DNA from: a virus
Virus record (IMG/VR): IMGVR_UViG_3300010354_000002
Span: 1-64,000 of that record
Direction: 5' to 3' (one strand)
DNA: 64,000 nt
Part shown: one piece after another, positions 30,434 to 39,088 of the stretch
Layout of the letters: each line of letters starts with the position of its first letter
How positions within the stretch are numbered: position 1 is the first letter of the stretch
Made by a program: the position numbers and the translations under genes
The notes under the pieces: model-generated
What the model was told of the DNA's origin: nothing
Seen by the model: the letters and a program-made list of their open reading frames with translations, nothing else
Database searches by the model: none

Positions 30434-30496
30434 CTATGGTTCCTGTATCGGTGGTTCCGATGAGTACATCATACACGCCATGTTCTTGGTTGTCAA
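30434..30496 (-). promoter_or_regulatory. Early promoter/hairpin/RBS cassette
   Basis: TTGACA-17-TATGAT; CATCGGAACCACCGATACAGGA. Confidence 0.85.
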
Positions 30497-30513
30497 GAAG
30501 AACGTCAAAATTG

Positions 30514-30924
30514 TTACACAGGCCAGATGACGGATTCAACAGCACGGTCGCTCCAACCGTACTGGCCATAGTGAAGCGGGTTTTTGTGCAACAACACGCC
30601 CCTATGGCTTGCATGCAGGTCGCCGTCTCCAAGCCATTGCGGGATTGTGTAGTTGCCGGTCGTATACGCCAAAATCTTGGCCTTGCAGGTGTCGTTGTAG
30701 CCACGTGCAACCCACTCGTCGCAAACTGCCACTCCGTAGGCCACCAGAGCGTCTACATGACCACGCCACTGCTTGGCGCAGGGATGATTAACCCAGCCTC
30801 TGGCTTCTGGGTCGGTGATCGCTTTCAGCAGTTGCAGTGTTTCAACTCGCTGCTTACCAAGACGCTGGCGATCAAGCACTCGTGCGGAAGCCGTGAAATC
30901 GGCGAATGGAAGAAACGTTTGCAT
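30514..30924 (-). CDS. Pyrimidine dimer DNA glycosylase / endonuclease V-like (MSMEG_6728 family)
   Basis: MQTFLP…LDRQRLGKQRVE…HP…W…SHR motifs. Confidence 0.85.
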   Translation of the reverse strand: MQTFLPFADFTASARVLDRQRLGKQRVETLQLLKAITDPEARGWVNHPCAKQWRGHVDALVAYGVAVCDEWVARGYNDTCKAKILAYTTGNYTIPQWLGDGDLHASHRGVLLHKNPLHYGQYGWSDRAVESVIWPV

Positions 30925-31025
30925 TGTGTACCTCGTACAGGTTTACCGGTGTCCGGTTGGTCGCACCACCGCCGTATCAATTGCCATTTCCGAGAAGTTT
31001 CGGCGACGGTGGTGCAGGGAAGATT

Positions 31026-31451
31026 TTACGCTTGCTTTTCGGCTTTGTCAATGATGCCGTCAATGTCCCGCAGGAGTCGTGTCAGGTAGATCGCCAAATC
31101 CAACGACTCTTCAACCGCCATGCGCACCCAGAATTCTGGCGGGACGTCAGTCCTGTCCACGGTGCATTTGTAGTGATCCAGTCCGACCTTTTCGCGTCTG
31201 CGCATCAGATGGATGATTGAGTCAAGCGTTGCGCTGTTGCGCTTCAAACGTCCACGCCCAGACAGCAGGTTCCACGCCTCGATTGCCATCCTACGTTGGT
31301 GATGCCACCGTCCGCTTGTGCCACAGACCTCGTCCGAGCATACGACGCGCCACCATTGCGACCCGTCTGTTGCCCATTGAGGAGTCTCCTCAACGGGACA
31401 AGCCTCTGTCATGCAGACAGGACACGGCAGAGGCAGGTCCTCATTCTCCAT
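31026..31451 (-). CDS. Lar-like zinc finger fused to a helical EE-x-x-D domain
   Basis: PCPVC…C…C…AIEAWN, then VGLDHY…EESLDLAIYL. Confidence 0.65.
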   Translation of the reverse strand: MENEDLPLPCPVCMTEACPVEETPQWATDGSQWWRVVCSDEVCGTSGRWHHQRRMAIEAWNLLSGRGRLKRNSATLDSIIHLMRRREKVGLDHYKCTVDRTDVPPEFWVRMAVEESLDLAIYLTRLLRDIDGIIDKAEKQA

Positions 31452-31593
31452 ATTGGGTAGCCTTCTCCAGCAATGCATCGCGGTAGGCAAATTCGGCATC
31501 CAGAACACCGATCTGCGACCATGCGAATATTGCGATTACCGCAATCCCGAACAAGACTTCAAGCACCTGTTTCAAGAATTTGTATCTGTTCAT
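31441..31593 (-). CDS. Small membrane protein (50 aa)
   Basis: Hand translation MNRYKFLKQVLEVLFGIAVIAIFAW…; fills the intergenic gap. Confidence 0.5.
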   Translation of the reverse strand: MNRYKFLKQVLEVLFGIAVIAIFAWSQIGVLDAEFAYRDALLEKATQYGE

Positions 31594-31609
31594 TCTGTTT
31601 CCCTATGAG

Positions 31610-32014
31610 TTAGCCGCGAGCGGCAGACAGGTATGCGTTGACGGCATCCCGCACAATAACCGACCTGTTTCGCCCAGTTTCGGCAGCATGTCGGTTGAGG
31701 TCGCCCATCAGATCAGTGTCCATGGCAAACGTGATCGCAACCACTCGCCGGGTTGTCTGCGGGACAATCGGAGTGAACGCAACCGGTTCCGCAATGTCCA
31801 CCACGGTGCAACCAAGCACATTGGCAAGGCGATCTGCCGTACCGGGGAGCACATTGCCAATTCCCCGCAGGGCAACGGACAGGCTATTTGTGGACACACC
31901 GGAAGCGGCTGCAATGTCACGCAGTACAGGACGGCCCTTCTCTGGGAACACTTCGGCCCAACGCCGGTAAATCTCGGGCGTTTTCAGTTTGTAACGTCGA
32001 ACTGTATCATTCAT
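31610..32014 (-). CDS. Transcriptional regulator (XRE HTH plus ribbon-helix-helix)
   Basis: LRDIAAASGVSTNSLS HTH; C-terminal ITFAMD…NRSVIVRDAV RHH. Confidence 0.75.
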   Translation of the reverse strand: MNDTVRRYKLKTPEIYRRWAEVFPEKGRPVLRDIAAASGVSTNSLSVALRGIGNVLPGTADRLANVLGCTVVDIAEPVAFTPIVPQTTRRVVAITFAMDTDLMGDLNRHAAETGRNRSVIVRDAVNAYLSAARG

Positions 32015-32129
32015 TCAATGTCTCCTGCCCAAGAACGGGCCTTGGCATAATATCGTTATTAACACGGCACTGCAATGTACGCACGGGCATCCCGTTGTCA
32101 CAAGCCACGGCTGATGGTAACACAAGGGC

Positions 32130-32621
32130 ATGTACAGACAGCCCAAATACGAACAAGAACGAGACCGAGCGGTGCAAACCGTTGTGCAGGATTTCCTTCA
32201 AATACAGACCAGTTGGCACTGCCCAGACCTGCGGTTGACTCAGACACCGGTAGGTGCACACGTGGATTACATGTGGCACCGTGGCGATCAACTGGTGCAT
32301 GTCGGCGAGTTGAAACGCAGGAATTTCACCCATGATCATTGGCCTGAATACATGATCAGCGCAAGCAAGGTTCATGCGATCCAGCGTTACGCAGAACTGG
32401 GCTGGATTCTAGTTCTGTTCAAGGACGGCTTGTTCCGCATCCCGGTGCGTAGAGGCATGGATGTAGTGATGAAGCGTGGAGGGCGCACAACCCAGTCTCG
32501 TGACTCTTGGGAGGCAGGAGGTGAACTGTGCGCCTATTTCACGCCATTGGATATGCACCGTTTCCACATGTGGACTGATATGTGGCAAAGAAGAGCGCAG
32601 AAAGCCCTCAGGGCTTCTTGA
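32130..32621 (+). CDS. PD-(D/E)XK nuclease-like protein
   Basis: VDY…GELKRR…YMISASK pattern. Confidence 0.6.
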   Translation: MYRQPKYEQERDRAVQTVVQDFLQIQTSWHCPDLRLTQTPVGAHVDYMWHRGDQLVHVGELKRRNFTHDHWPEYMISASKVHAIQRYAELGWILVLFKDGLFRIPVRRGMDVVMKRGGRTTQSRDSWEAGGELCAYFTPLDMHRFHMWTDMWQRRAQKALRAS

Positions 32622-33048
32622 TCCACTCGCCCGGGACCCATCCATCTTTGGCATAATGCTGGCCCTCAAGCACCCTGACATGCGTCAATCCAGACAGGAA
32701 TCCGCCGTATCCCAGAATGCGCACACGGGTTCGGGATGGAGTCTCAAACATGCCGCCCTGAAGCCAGATGTTGAGTGCGCCTTCCTTGTCCTTGCGCCCC
32801 ATGGCTCCAAGAAAGTCCGAGGCAATCTTCTCAGATGCAAACACTGTGACTGGAGCGGACTCAATTCCATTATGGAGGTTGACGACGTCACCGATCTTTG
32901 CCGACACATTCGTCACGGTCTGTGTATTTGTGCTGCCACTGCTTGGCAGGAATACGCTTGCCACACAACCACCGAACAGGACTACCGGGATGGCGCATAC
33001 GATCAAGCAGCCTATCCCGGTAGCACCCAAACAATTCACGTCAGACAT
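32608..33048 (-). CDS. Membrane-anchored protein
   Basis: Hydrophobic N-terminal helix; GAAAGGAG RBS; SH3-like GWV at the C-terminus. Confidence 0.7.
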   Translation of the reverse strand: MSDVNCLGATGIGCLIVCAIPVVLFGGCVASVFLPSSGSTNTQTVTNVSAKIGDVVNLHNGIESAPVTVFASEKIASDFLGAMGRKDKEGALNIWLQGGMFETPSRTRVRILGYGGFLSGLTHVRVLEGQHYAKDGWVPGEWIKKP

Positions 33049-33112
33049 TGATTTACTCCTTTCAAAAGAACAGGCCCGGTTGCCCGAGCCTTTGACATCA
33101 ACAATCTTGGCA

Positions 33113-33358
33113 TTAGCCTTTGTGCTTTTTGCCAACCTCCAGAATGGGCTTCCAACTAAACTCGCCATAAGGCAGCCACCAAATGCAAACATAGGACCAG
33201 CCGTTGTCCTGAAGTTCCTTGTTCCACCCCATGCACAGTGCAACCATGTCGTCGTGCGTACCTTCAAAGTGTTGCTCCCGGTATCTCGTGATAAGGCCAC
33301 AGTTCACTTGGGCGAAAACTGTGCCTTTGATTGTCTCAATGGTGGTCGTGGTGCTCAT
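33113..33358 (-). CDS. Hypothetical protein
   Basis: CAGGAGAACTACGATG start context. Confidence 0.7.
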   Translation of the reverse strand: MSTTTTIETIKGTVFAQVNCGLITRYREQHFEGTHDDMVALCMGWNKELQDNGWSYVCIWWLPYGEFSWKPILEVGKKHKG

Positions 33359-33420
33359 CGTAGTTCTCCTGTATGGGTAGCCCGGTTGCCCGGGCTGTAT
33401 TGTCGTCGTTTCAATATCTG

Positions 33421-33702
33421 CTACTTGCGATACCGGGCTTGGCGGAGTGCGTCACCCAACTTCTCATTGTAGTAATCGTAATCGTCTTCAACCTTTTCCT
33501 CCTGTGCCTGAATCGGCCTAATGCCCAAGACTGAGCGATGCCGTCCAAAGTTCTGCTTGAAGGTAAACGCAATCTGAATCGCTCGGGCTTGCTCAGGTGT
33601 CAAGGTTTCAAGAACGGCGATCACGTTTTCAAGGTCTTGGTCGTTGTCGCTGAATTGGAGGGTCGGCTTGAAGTTCGGGTCGGTTGCTCGCAGAATGCTC
33701 AT
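33421..33702 (-). CDS. Hypothetical protein
   Basis: CAGGAGAACTACGATG start context after a promoter. Confidence 0.7.
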   Translation of the reverse strand: MSILRATDPNFKPTLQFSDNDQDLENVIAVLETLTPEQARAIQIAFTFKQNFGRHRSVLGIRPIQAQEEKVEDDYDYYNEKLGDALRQARYRK

Positions 33703-33765
33703 CGTAGTTCTCCTGTATCGGTGATCCGATGAAATGACTATACGCCCAAGACAAAGTGTTGTCAA
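33703..33765 (-). promoter_or_regulatory. Early promoter/hairpin/RBS cassette
   Basis: TTGACA-17-TATAGT; CATCGGATCACCGATACAGGAGAACT. Confidence 0.85.
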
Positions 33766-33803
33766 GGGCGTACAGAAAAAAGACGATAAGTTTTTTTGGC
33801 GTG

Positions 33804-34106
33804 TCAGACGTCGTTGTTGTCGCCGTCCCATACGACACGTGATAGCGGAATGGAGTACACGGTCGTACCTGCGGAAGAGGCATTCTCCACGACGCAGTAC
33901 GTTGCGTCCTTCAGCCGGTATGTTGCCAAGCATGTGATAGACACGTTCTTCCCGGCCTTCATGTACGACCCTTTTAGGCCGTTGTAGCGAGTCAGGGCAT
34001 GCAGTTTGCCTTCAAGGTGTTTGACCCTCCCCTGAAGCAGCAACGAGACATACGTGGTTGCCAGCACAAACGCAGTGAAGATCAACGTGGTTATGGTGTC
34101 CAGCAT
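33804..34106 (-). CDS. Membrane-anchored hypothetical protein
   Basis: N-terminal TM helix; AGGAGG RBS. Confidence 0.7.
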   Translation of the reverse strand: MLDTITTLIFTAFVLATTYVSLLLQGRVKHLEGKLHALTRYNGLKGSYMKAGKNVSITCLATYRLKDATYCVVENASSAGTTVYSIPLSRVVWDGDNNDV

Positions 34107-34115
34107 GTCAACCTC

Positions 34116-34565
34116 CTACGCAAACGTCACCTCTCGCTTGCTGATGGCCTGCTGTGCAGTCGCCATGATGTCCCGGAAGTCCTCTTCGTGCAGGATCTCA
34201 CGGGCCGCATGGTAGAACGCAATGCGGATGTCGTACTGCTCGGGCGTAGATGCGGACGTGATAATAGGACGTGCGTTCTCGGCTGTCCGGGCATCGTACA
34301 GGGCGCGATTCAGTTTGTCGTGCTGGGTCTGCTTGATTCGCAACGCCTTTTGCGCCGACCGAAACCAGCCTTCGTCGGATTTGATTCCATCCTCGCGCAA
34401 ACGCCTTGCCGCGATATCAATCTGATTGCGGATATCCAGCATATCGTTGTCCAGTTTGGATAGTAGTTGCCGAATTCGTGCCGATCCTACCGCAACAGGA
34501 TCTAGGCAAGCCTCTTCCACCACATCTGGTGTCACCATCAATTCCGGACCTGATTCAACGTACAT
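34116..34565 (-). CDS. Coiled-coil hypothetical protein
   Basis: GAGGGG RBS before MYVESG. Confidence 0.65.
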   Translation of the reverse strand: MYVESGPELMVTPDVVEEACLDPVAVGSARIRQLLSKLDNDMLDIRNQIDIAARRLREDGIKSDEGWFRSAQKALRIKQTQHDKLNRALYDARTAENARPIITSASTPEQYDIRIAFYHAAREILHEEDFRDIMATAQQAISKREVTFA

Positions 34566-34596
34566 AACGTACCCCCTCTGTTTTAGGTAATGAATG

Positions 34597-34977
34597 CTAT
34601 CCCGAAACCACTTCCCTGTCAACGCATGATGCGCACATTTCAAGCCATGCATCAGGATGGATTCGTAATTGGACGATGCGATGCTTCTGCCTGATCAATT
34701 CGACTAGCCCCGCAGCCTCGCACGCAACGGCTATGTCGTGCGCCCGTGGTGCACCGCAATGATCTGCCAAAACGGACGGCACATACCTCGCCCACACTGT
34801 TTCGGTTGACACCAATGCGGTTGCAGTTGAAGTGCCACGGTATGCCCGTGTCTGATGTTGCGCCAGCCATGTCAGCAGACGGATTGATGCGTACATCCGA
34901 TTTCTGGCGTATGGGATTTTCGGCACCTGCTTGATTCGATCCAGCACCATCTCCGGCAATCGCCTTGGAATCCACAT
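34597..34977 (-). CDS. Hypothetical protein (winged-helix-like)
   Basis: Fills the gap; CEAAGLVEL motif. A competing frame (34652-34975) exists. Confidence 0.5.
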   Translation of the reverse strand: MWIPRRLPEMVLDRIKQVPKIPYARNRMYASIRLLTWLAQHQTRAYRGTSTATALVSTETVWARYVPSVLADHCGAPRAHDIAVACEAAGLVELIRQKHRIVQLRIHPDAWLEMCASCVDREVVSG

Positions 34978-34981
34978 ACCG

Positions 34982-35401
34982 TCAACCCAGACGTCCATCC
35001 AGCAACTCCCCGATGCGTTTGCATATGTTTGGCCATTGCGGCATCGCAAGGCATCTGGTGGCAACGTAGGCGGCTTGCAGTGCCTGATCGGCATTCCACA
35101 CCACCCACGATCCTCCACGCTTCCATATTTCAGTCTGTGCTATTCCTCGTGCGTCTGCCTGATGCAGCATGGATTCGGCCTCTTTCTCGCCTCGCTTGAA
35201 TTCCAACGCAAGCCAGATTCCACGGGGCCAAGTTCGATGCCGAACCAGTTTGTCGGGTATTCCCACTGTGTTTCCAACGTATCCCCGTTGCCCTTGTGGA
35301 CGAGAGCCACCTACCGTCACAACCTCGAAACCGCAGGCACACAACAATTGGGTCGCAACTGACTCAACCTGTTTCTCAGTCGGTCGTGGCGTTTTCATCA
35401 A
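34982..35401 (-). CDS. VRR-NUC-like endonuclease
   Basis: TEKQVE…GIPD…LEFKR…Q motif. Confidence 0.75.
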   Translation of the reverse strand: MMKTPRPTEKQVESVATQLLCACGFEVVTVGGSRPQGQRGYVGNTVGIPDKLVRHRTWPRGIWLALEFKRGEKEAESMLHQADARGIAQTEIWKRGGSWVVWNADQALQAAYVATRCLAMPQWPNICKRIGELLDGRLG

Positions 35402-36014
35402 TACCCCGTATCAGATGCGCTAGTTCATCCAGTGCGCTGATGCTCAACGTGTTTGCAACACGTTCTGGTGCCGGTCTGCCAGACGACATGGCTGCCTCTA
35501 CGTCTTCACCAGCATCCATTGCGGATATGACCGCTTCGTCCTGCCTGATTGCCTCTGCCAGTTTGATCAGTGTTGCGGATCGGTCATGGTCGCCCATATA
35601 CACAGCCTCGGCGACTGCATCAAATGCCTTGGACAGGGCCTTGCCCCGCTGCACCGCGCCCACGCTGGTTTCCTCCAACAACATGCGTCTGGCGACGACG
35701 TGGGACGGCAGCCCAGAGCCGGATTCTGCAAGGCGGCGCATGCCATACCAATAAGTCGCAGGTATGTATGCATCGTCGTCCAGAACTCCCTCGTCCCGCA
35801 AGATTATTTCAGCGTCCACCTTGGTCAGGCCGTTGGCAGCCATGCCGACCAATGCCGGTCGAACTTCCTCCGGGGGCGGTGTCATGCCACGCAACCACGA
35901 TTCCACGTCGTCGTGCAATTTGCGCTTCTGTGCATCGGACAGGTAACGGAAATAGTTCGGTCGCATTGTTGTCAGCCCATGCATATCATAAAACGCACGG
36001 TCATACGATGACAT
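35376..36014 (-). CDS. Hypothetical protein
   Basis: 212-aa ORF within the operon. Confidence 0.65.
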   Translation of the reverse strand: MSSYDRAFYDMHGLTTMRPNYFRYLSDAQKRKLHDDVESWLRGMTPPPEEVRPALVGMAANGLTKVDAEIILRDEGVLDDDAYIPATYWYGMRRLAESGSGLPSHVVARRMLLEETSVGAVQRGKALSKAFDAVAEAVYMGDHDRSATLIKLAEAIRQDEAVISAMDAGEDVEAAMSSGRPAPERVANTLSISALDELAHLIRGIDENATTD

Positions 36015-36036
36015 CGTTTAGCAAAACACGGTTTGT

Positions 36037-36696
36037 CTAACTATGTTTGGAGAACACCAGTTGCATGATTGTTGGGAAACATTCATCCAGAATTGCCTTG
36101 ACCGCCTGAGCGACCTCCCTGTGCTCCTTCTGTGTAGTCTCATCCAGACGCAATTTTAGGTAATGAATCCAAGAGCGCACGTTGCCAGTCATATACATGC
36201 GCGTCGGCGTACACAGTGGCAGTACCGACCTTGCCGACTCAGGCGCAACTCCCATGACGACCATGTCAACATAGGCCTCATAGGTTCGATGCATCAAACA
36301 CTCAGCACGTTCAACCGATGCCTTTTGCCCCGGTGTAAGTTCCTGCGAAATACTGGACTGACGATTCGTTGTTCCAGCAATACGCATTTCCGGCAAGGCA
36401 GGAGGCTTTATCTTGGAGGAGTATCGTTGCGAAAACTCCTGAAAGCAAAAACTCCGATGCCGCAGTATTTGCGCGGCCACGTCCCGTGTCGTGTTGATTT
36501 CAATGCATGCTGTGGCGTGTTCAAAAGGCGACCAATGGTTATGTTCTACAAGATATTTGAACAGGCGAGAGTATTCAGGGTTTTCCTGATTGGACGAACT
36601 AACCCGCGCAATGTAGGCGATTAGTGCCTCCGCATTAGGCGTCGCCCACACCAAAGACGCAGTGCGCCCGTCTGAATTACCCCAGTTTCCGTTCAT
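36037..36696 (-). CDS. thyX: Flavin-dependent thymidylate synthase
   Basis: HWSPFE; ThyX motif RHRSFCFQEFSQRY; ARSVLP; TQKEHR. Confidence 0.95.
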   Translation of the reverse strand: MNGNWGNSDGRTASLVWATPNAEALIAYIARVSSSNQENPEYSRLFKYLVEHNHWSPFEHATACIEINTTRDVAAQILRHRSFCFQEFSQRYSSKIKPPALPEMRIAGTTNRQSSISQELTPGQKASVERAECLMHRTYEAYVDMVVMGVAPESARSVLPLCTPTRMYMTGNVRSWIHYLKLRLDETTQKEHREVAQAVKAILDECFPTIMQLVFSKHS

Positions 36697-36920
36697 TCCA
36701 CAACCTGCCATTCGTCTTCCATCAGTTCACCGAGGATGTAAGGTCCGCCATGAAGCACTGTGCGTTCCTCTGTGACCCCATCTATTTCGGAATGCATGTA
36801 GAACGCCCAGCACTGGTAGTATTTTTCGGGCTTTGCCAACAGGTATTGGCCATCGGGCCAGTATTCCCGCCGTATCCGTTTTCCCTCCCGAAGGGCTTGC
36901 AGGGCTTCCGGTCCAGTCAT
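36693..36920 (-). CDS. DUF2829/Tad2-like protein, copy 1
   Basis: MTGPEALQALREGKRIRREYW…EDEWQVVE. Confidence 0.7.
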   Translation of the reverse strand: MTGPEALQALREGKRIRREYWPDGQYLLAKPEKYYQCWAFYMHSEIDGVTEERTVLHGGPYILGELMEDEWQVVE

Positions 36921-37174
36921 TTGTCAACCTCCACTACTTCCCAGTCGTCGTACATCAACAATTCAGAGAGGAATATTCCTTTGGCATATGAAGTTATGAC
37001 TACACCTTTGTCATCAATCCAATCTATTGAGTTTGGATTCCATTCATCCGTGCCATACAGGATGCATCCTTCTCCATGGAAGCAAACAGCATTGGCATGA
37101 ACTCCTTCACCCCAATGTTGCCTCTTGATTTTCTTGCCGTTGCGCAGGGCTTGCAATGCTTCCGGCCCAGTCAT
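36917..37174 (-). CDS. DUF2829/Tad2-like protein, copy 2
   Basis: MTGPEALQALRNGKKIKRQHW…DDWEVVE. Confidence 0.7.
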   Translation of the reverse strand: MTGPEALQALRNGKKIKRQHWGEGVHANAVCFHGEGCILYGTDEWNPNSIDWIDDKGVVITSYAKGIFLSELLMYDDWEVVEVDK

Positions 37175-37425
37175 TCCGCCAACTCCACTACTTCCCAGTC
37201 GTCGTGCAGGAACGAGGCCGCAATCCAACCGGGGTAGTTATGTGCGTCGTCCATGAAGATCGCCGATCCGTGAATTACGATATCAAAATCGCAAGGGCCT
37301 CCGTCCAAATCTTCGGCCCCTTCCTCGTCCCAAGTAAACGCTTTGAAATGCGTTCCCGGCGTCCACATGCACCGTCGAACGGCTTTGCCTCGCTTAAGGG
37401 CTTCTATCGCTTCTGATCCGGTCAT
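37171..37425 (-). CDS. DUF2829/Tad2-like protein, copy 3
   Basis: MTGSEAIEALKRGKAVRRCMW…DDWEVVE. Confidence 0.7.
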   Translation of the reverse strand: MTGSEAIEALKRGKAVRRCMWTPGTHFKAFTWDEEGAEDLDGGPCDFDIVIHGSAIFMDDAHNYPGWIAASFLHDDWEVVELAE

Positions 37426-37427
37426 CC

Positions 37428-37667
37428 TCACGGATTCTCCTCCCAGACGACTGTATCCGGGTCTACCAACTCCCATTTCTCCAGAATCGTCTCGCAATGC
37501 GGCTCCCAGAGACACCCTCCCCTCATGCCCGGTCTGCTGACCTGTGGCATCTCAACGATATATCCATGTTCGTTGATGCCGTACGCCCATCCAGCCCCGC
37601 GCAGCGACTTGGGTCGAAACCACTCTCCCGAGTAGACAGCCCGCTTGATGCATTTCCGCATTGTCAT
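37428..37667 (-). CDS. Hypothetical protein, possible divergent DUF2829-like copy
   Basis: C-terminal WEP…ILEKWELV. Confidence 0.55.
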   Translation of the reverse strand: MTMRKCIKRAVYSGEWFRPKSLRGAGWAYGINEHGYIVEMPQVSRPGMRGGCLWEPHCETILEKWELVDPDTVVWEENP

Positions 37668-38131
37668 TTAGTACCCGTGCTCCCAAACCCGCCATTGCCA
37701 CGTTCCGTGGCATCAAGTTCCTCAACAAGCGTCAATTCAGCAATCAGAATAGGCGTCAGCACCATTTGGGCAATTCGGTCGCCTCGCACCATTATGAACG
37801 GCTTGTCACTTGTGTTGTGCATGATTACCTTGATCTCGCCCCGGTAGTCGGAATCAATTGTTCCCGGCGAGTTCAGGACATGTACGCCATGTCTGTATGC
37901 CAACCCACTCCGAGATCTAATCTGAATTTCGGTCTGCCTTGGCAAACCAGCAAGCCTGATTCCTGTCGGAATTGCCTTCGTTTCGTGTGGCTCCAAAACA
38001 CAAGAATCCGATGCCCTGATGTCCATTCCTGAACTACCGGGTGTCTCGTAGGATGGCAACCCGTAGAGGTTGACCATCTCCTTGTCCATCTGGATGAGTA
38101 TGTTCATCATCCCTGATTTGCGGTTGCTCAT
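37664..38131 (-). CDS. dut: Trimeric dUTPase
   Basis: SGMDI, RSRSG, GTIDSDYRGEI, RIAQ and RGNGGFGSTG motifs. Confidence 0.95.
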   Translation of the reverse strand: MSNRKSGMMNILIQMDKEMVNLYGLPSYETPGSSGMDIRASDSCVLEPHETKAIPTGIRLAGLPRQTEIQIRSRSGLAYRHGVHVLNSPGTIDSDYRGEIKVIMHNTSDKPFIMVRGDRIAQMVLTPILIAELTLVEELDATERGNGGFGSTGTK

Positions 38132-38784
38132 TACTCCCCTTTCGTCTGTAGATGGCGTACGGCCTTTTTCAGACGTGACTCGTATGCATCCTGATCGCTT
38201 CGGTCGTACTTGGGCTTGTTGGCGGCTTCCCTCTTTTCCCGTTCCCATTTATCATTTTCGGCTTTGATGATCCTGCACGCCTTGCGAGCCTCGTAATCAG
38301 ACAGTTTCAACAGTGGCCGAAGCAGAATCTGATCAAACGGTCCGCCATGGTCCTTGCTTGGGAACTCTTCAAGCCATGCTGGTAGTTCCTCCGACCCTGC
38401 GGCCTGCCCAAGCATAGGCTGCGAAGGCGACTCAAGTTGCCTGTTGGCCGGTGGGGCCGGGGCGATCACATGGCGGCGAACATCTGCTTCGTTTCCCGCC
38501 ATTACCTGCATCCTGTACACCTCGCGAACCTTGTTCTCAAGGGCGTCCCATTTGGGTCGAAACTGGCTGTTTCGGATGAAAAACATTACCTGCCAACCCT
38601 CGGCATTCCATCCTGTGCCGTGCGAGTCCCTAAACCGAATCCCCCGGTCGCTGATCCGCTTGCACAGTTCGATCAATAGCCGCCATGCCTCTTCGTCCAC
38701 ATCGCACCATTCAGGGCCGGGAGCATGTTCCATTAGTTTGCGGATCTCCGTGCAGAATGCACGGATGTCATTCATTTCCCGCAT
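38131..38784 (-). CDS. Hypothetical replication-associated protein
   Basis: 217 aa; lies downstream of the initiator. Confidence 0.6.
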   Translation of the reverse strand: MREMNDIRAFCTEIRKLMEHAPGPEWCDVDEEAWRLLIELCKRISDRGIRFRDSHGTGWNAEGWQVMFFIRNSQFRPKWDALENKVREVYRMQVMAGNEADVRRHVIAPAPPANRQLESPSQPMLGQAAGSEELPAWLEEFPSKDHGGPFDQILLRPLLKLSDYEARKACRIIKAENDKWEREKREAANKPKYDRSDQDAYESRLKKAVRHLQTKGE

Positions 38785-39035
38785 ATACGCTTTGACTTCT
38801 TGAACTCATCAACATCCAAAGCGGAAATGCAGTTGTTCGCCAACACGCCTAAATCGGCGCGAGTCAGTCGCATCTGTTGCGTTTGGCGTGCAAACGATTG
38901 CGCTTGCGGATTATGTGGCTCTTCCGCAACCCAGTGTTTGCCTAGTGCCTCCAAATCACGAATTGCCACACATATGCTTGTGGTTATCTGGGAAACCTCC
39001 AACAACCTACCGCGTACGATATCTCTGTTCTTCAT
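38772..39035 (-). CDS. Hypothetical protein
   Basis: AGGAGG RBS; TTGACA-17-TAGTGT promoter at 39064-39092. Confidence 0.65.
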   Translation of the reverse strand: MKNRDIVRGRLLEVSQITTSICVAIRDLEALGKHWVAEEPHNPQAQSFARQTQQMRLTRADLGVLANNCISALDVDEFKKSKRICGK

Positions 39036-39088
39036 ATCAACCTCCTGCGCTATGGCGCAAACAACACTATCGCAATACCACTATGTTG

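Noticed and set aside
27701-33730. CCTGTATCGG…CCGATG repeats as a CRISPR array
   Set aside because: Spacing is irregular (0.5-3 kb), whole genes lie between copies, each copy sits between a promoter and an RBS, and no cas genes are present.
34652-34975. Alternative 107-aa ORF
   Set aside because: It overlaps the 34597-34977 frame, which has an ATG start and looks more protein-like; it cannot be fully excluded.
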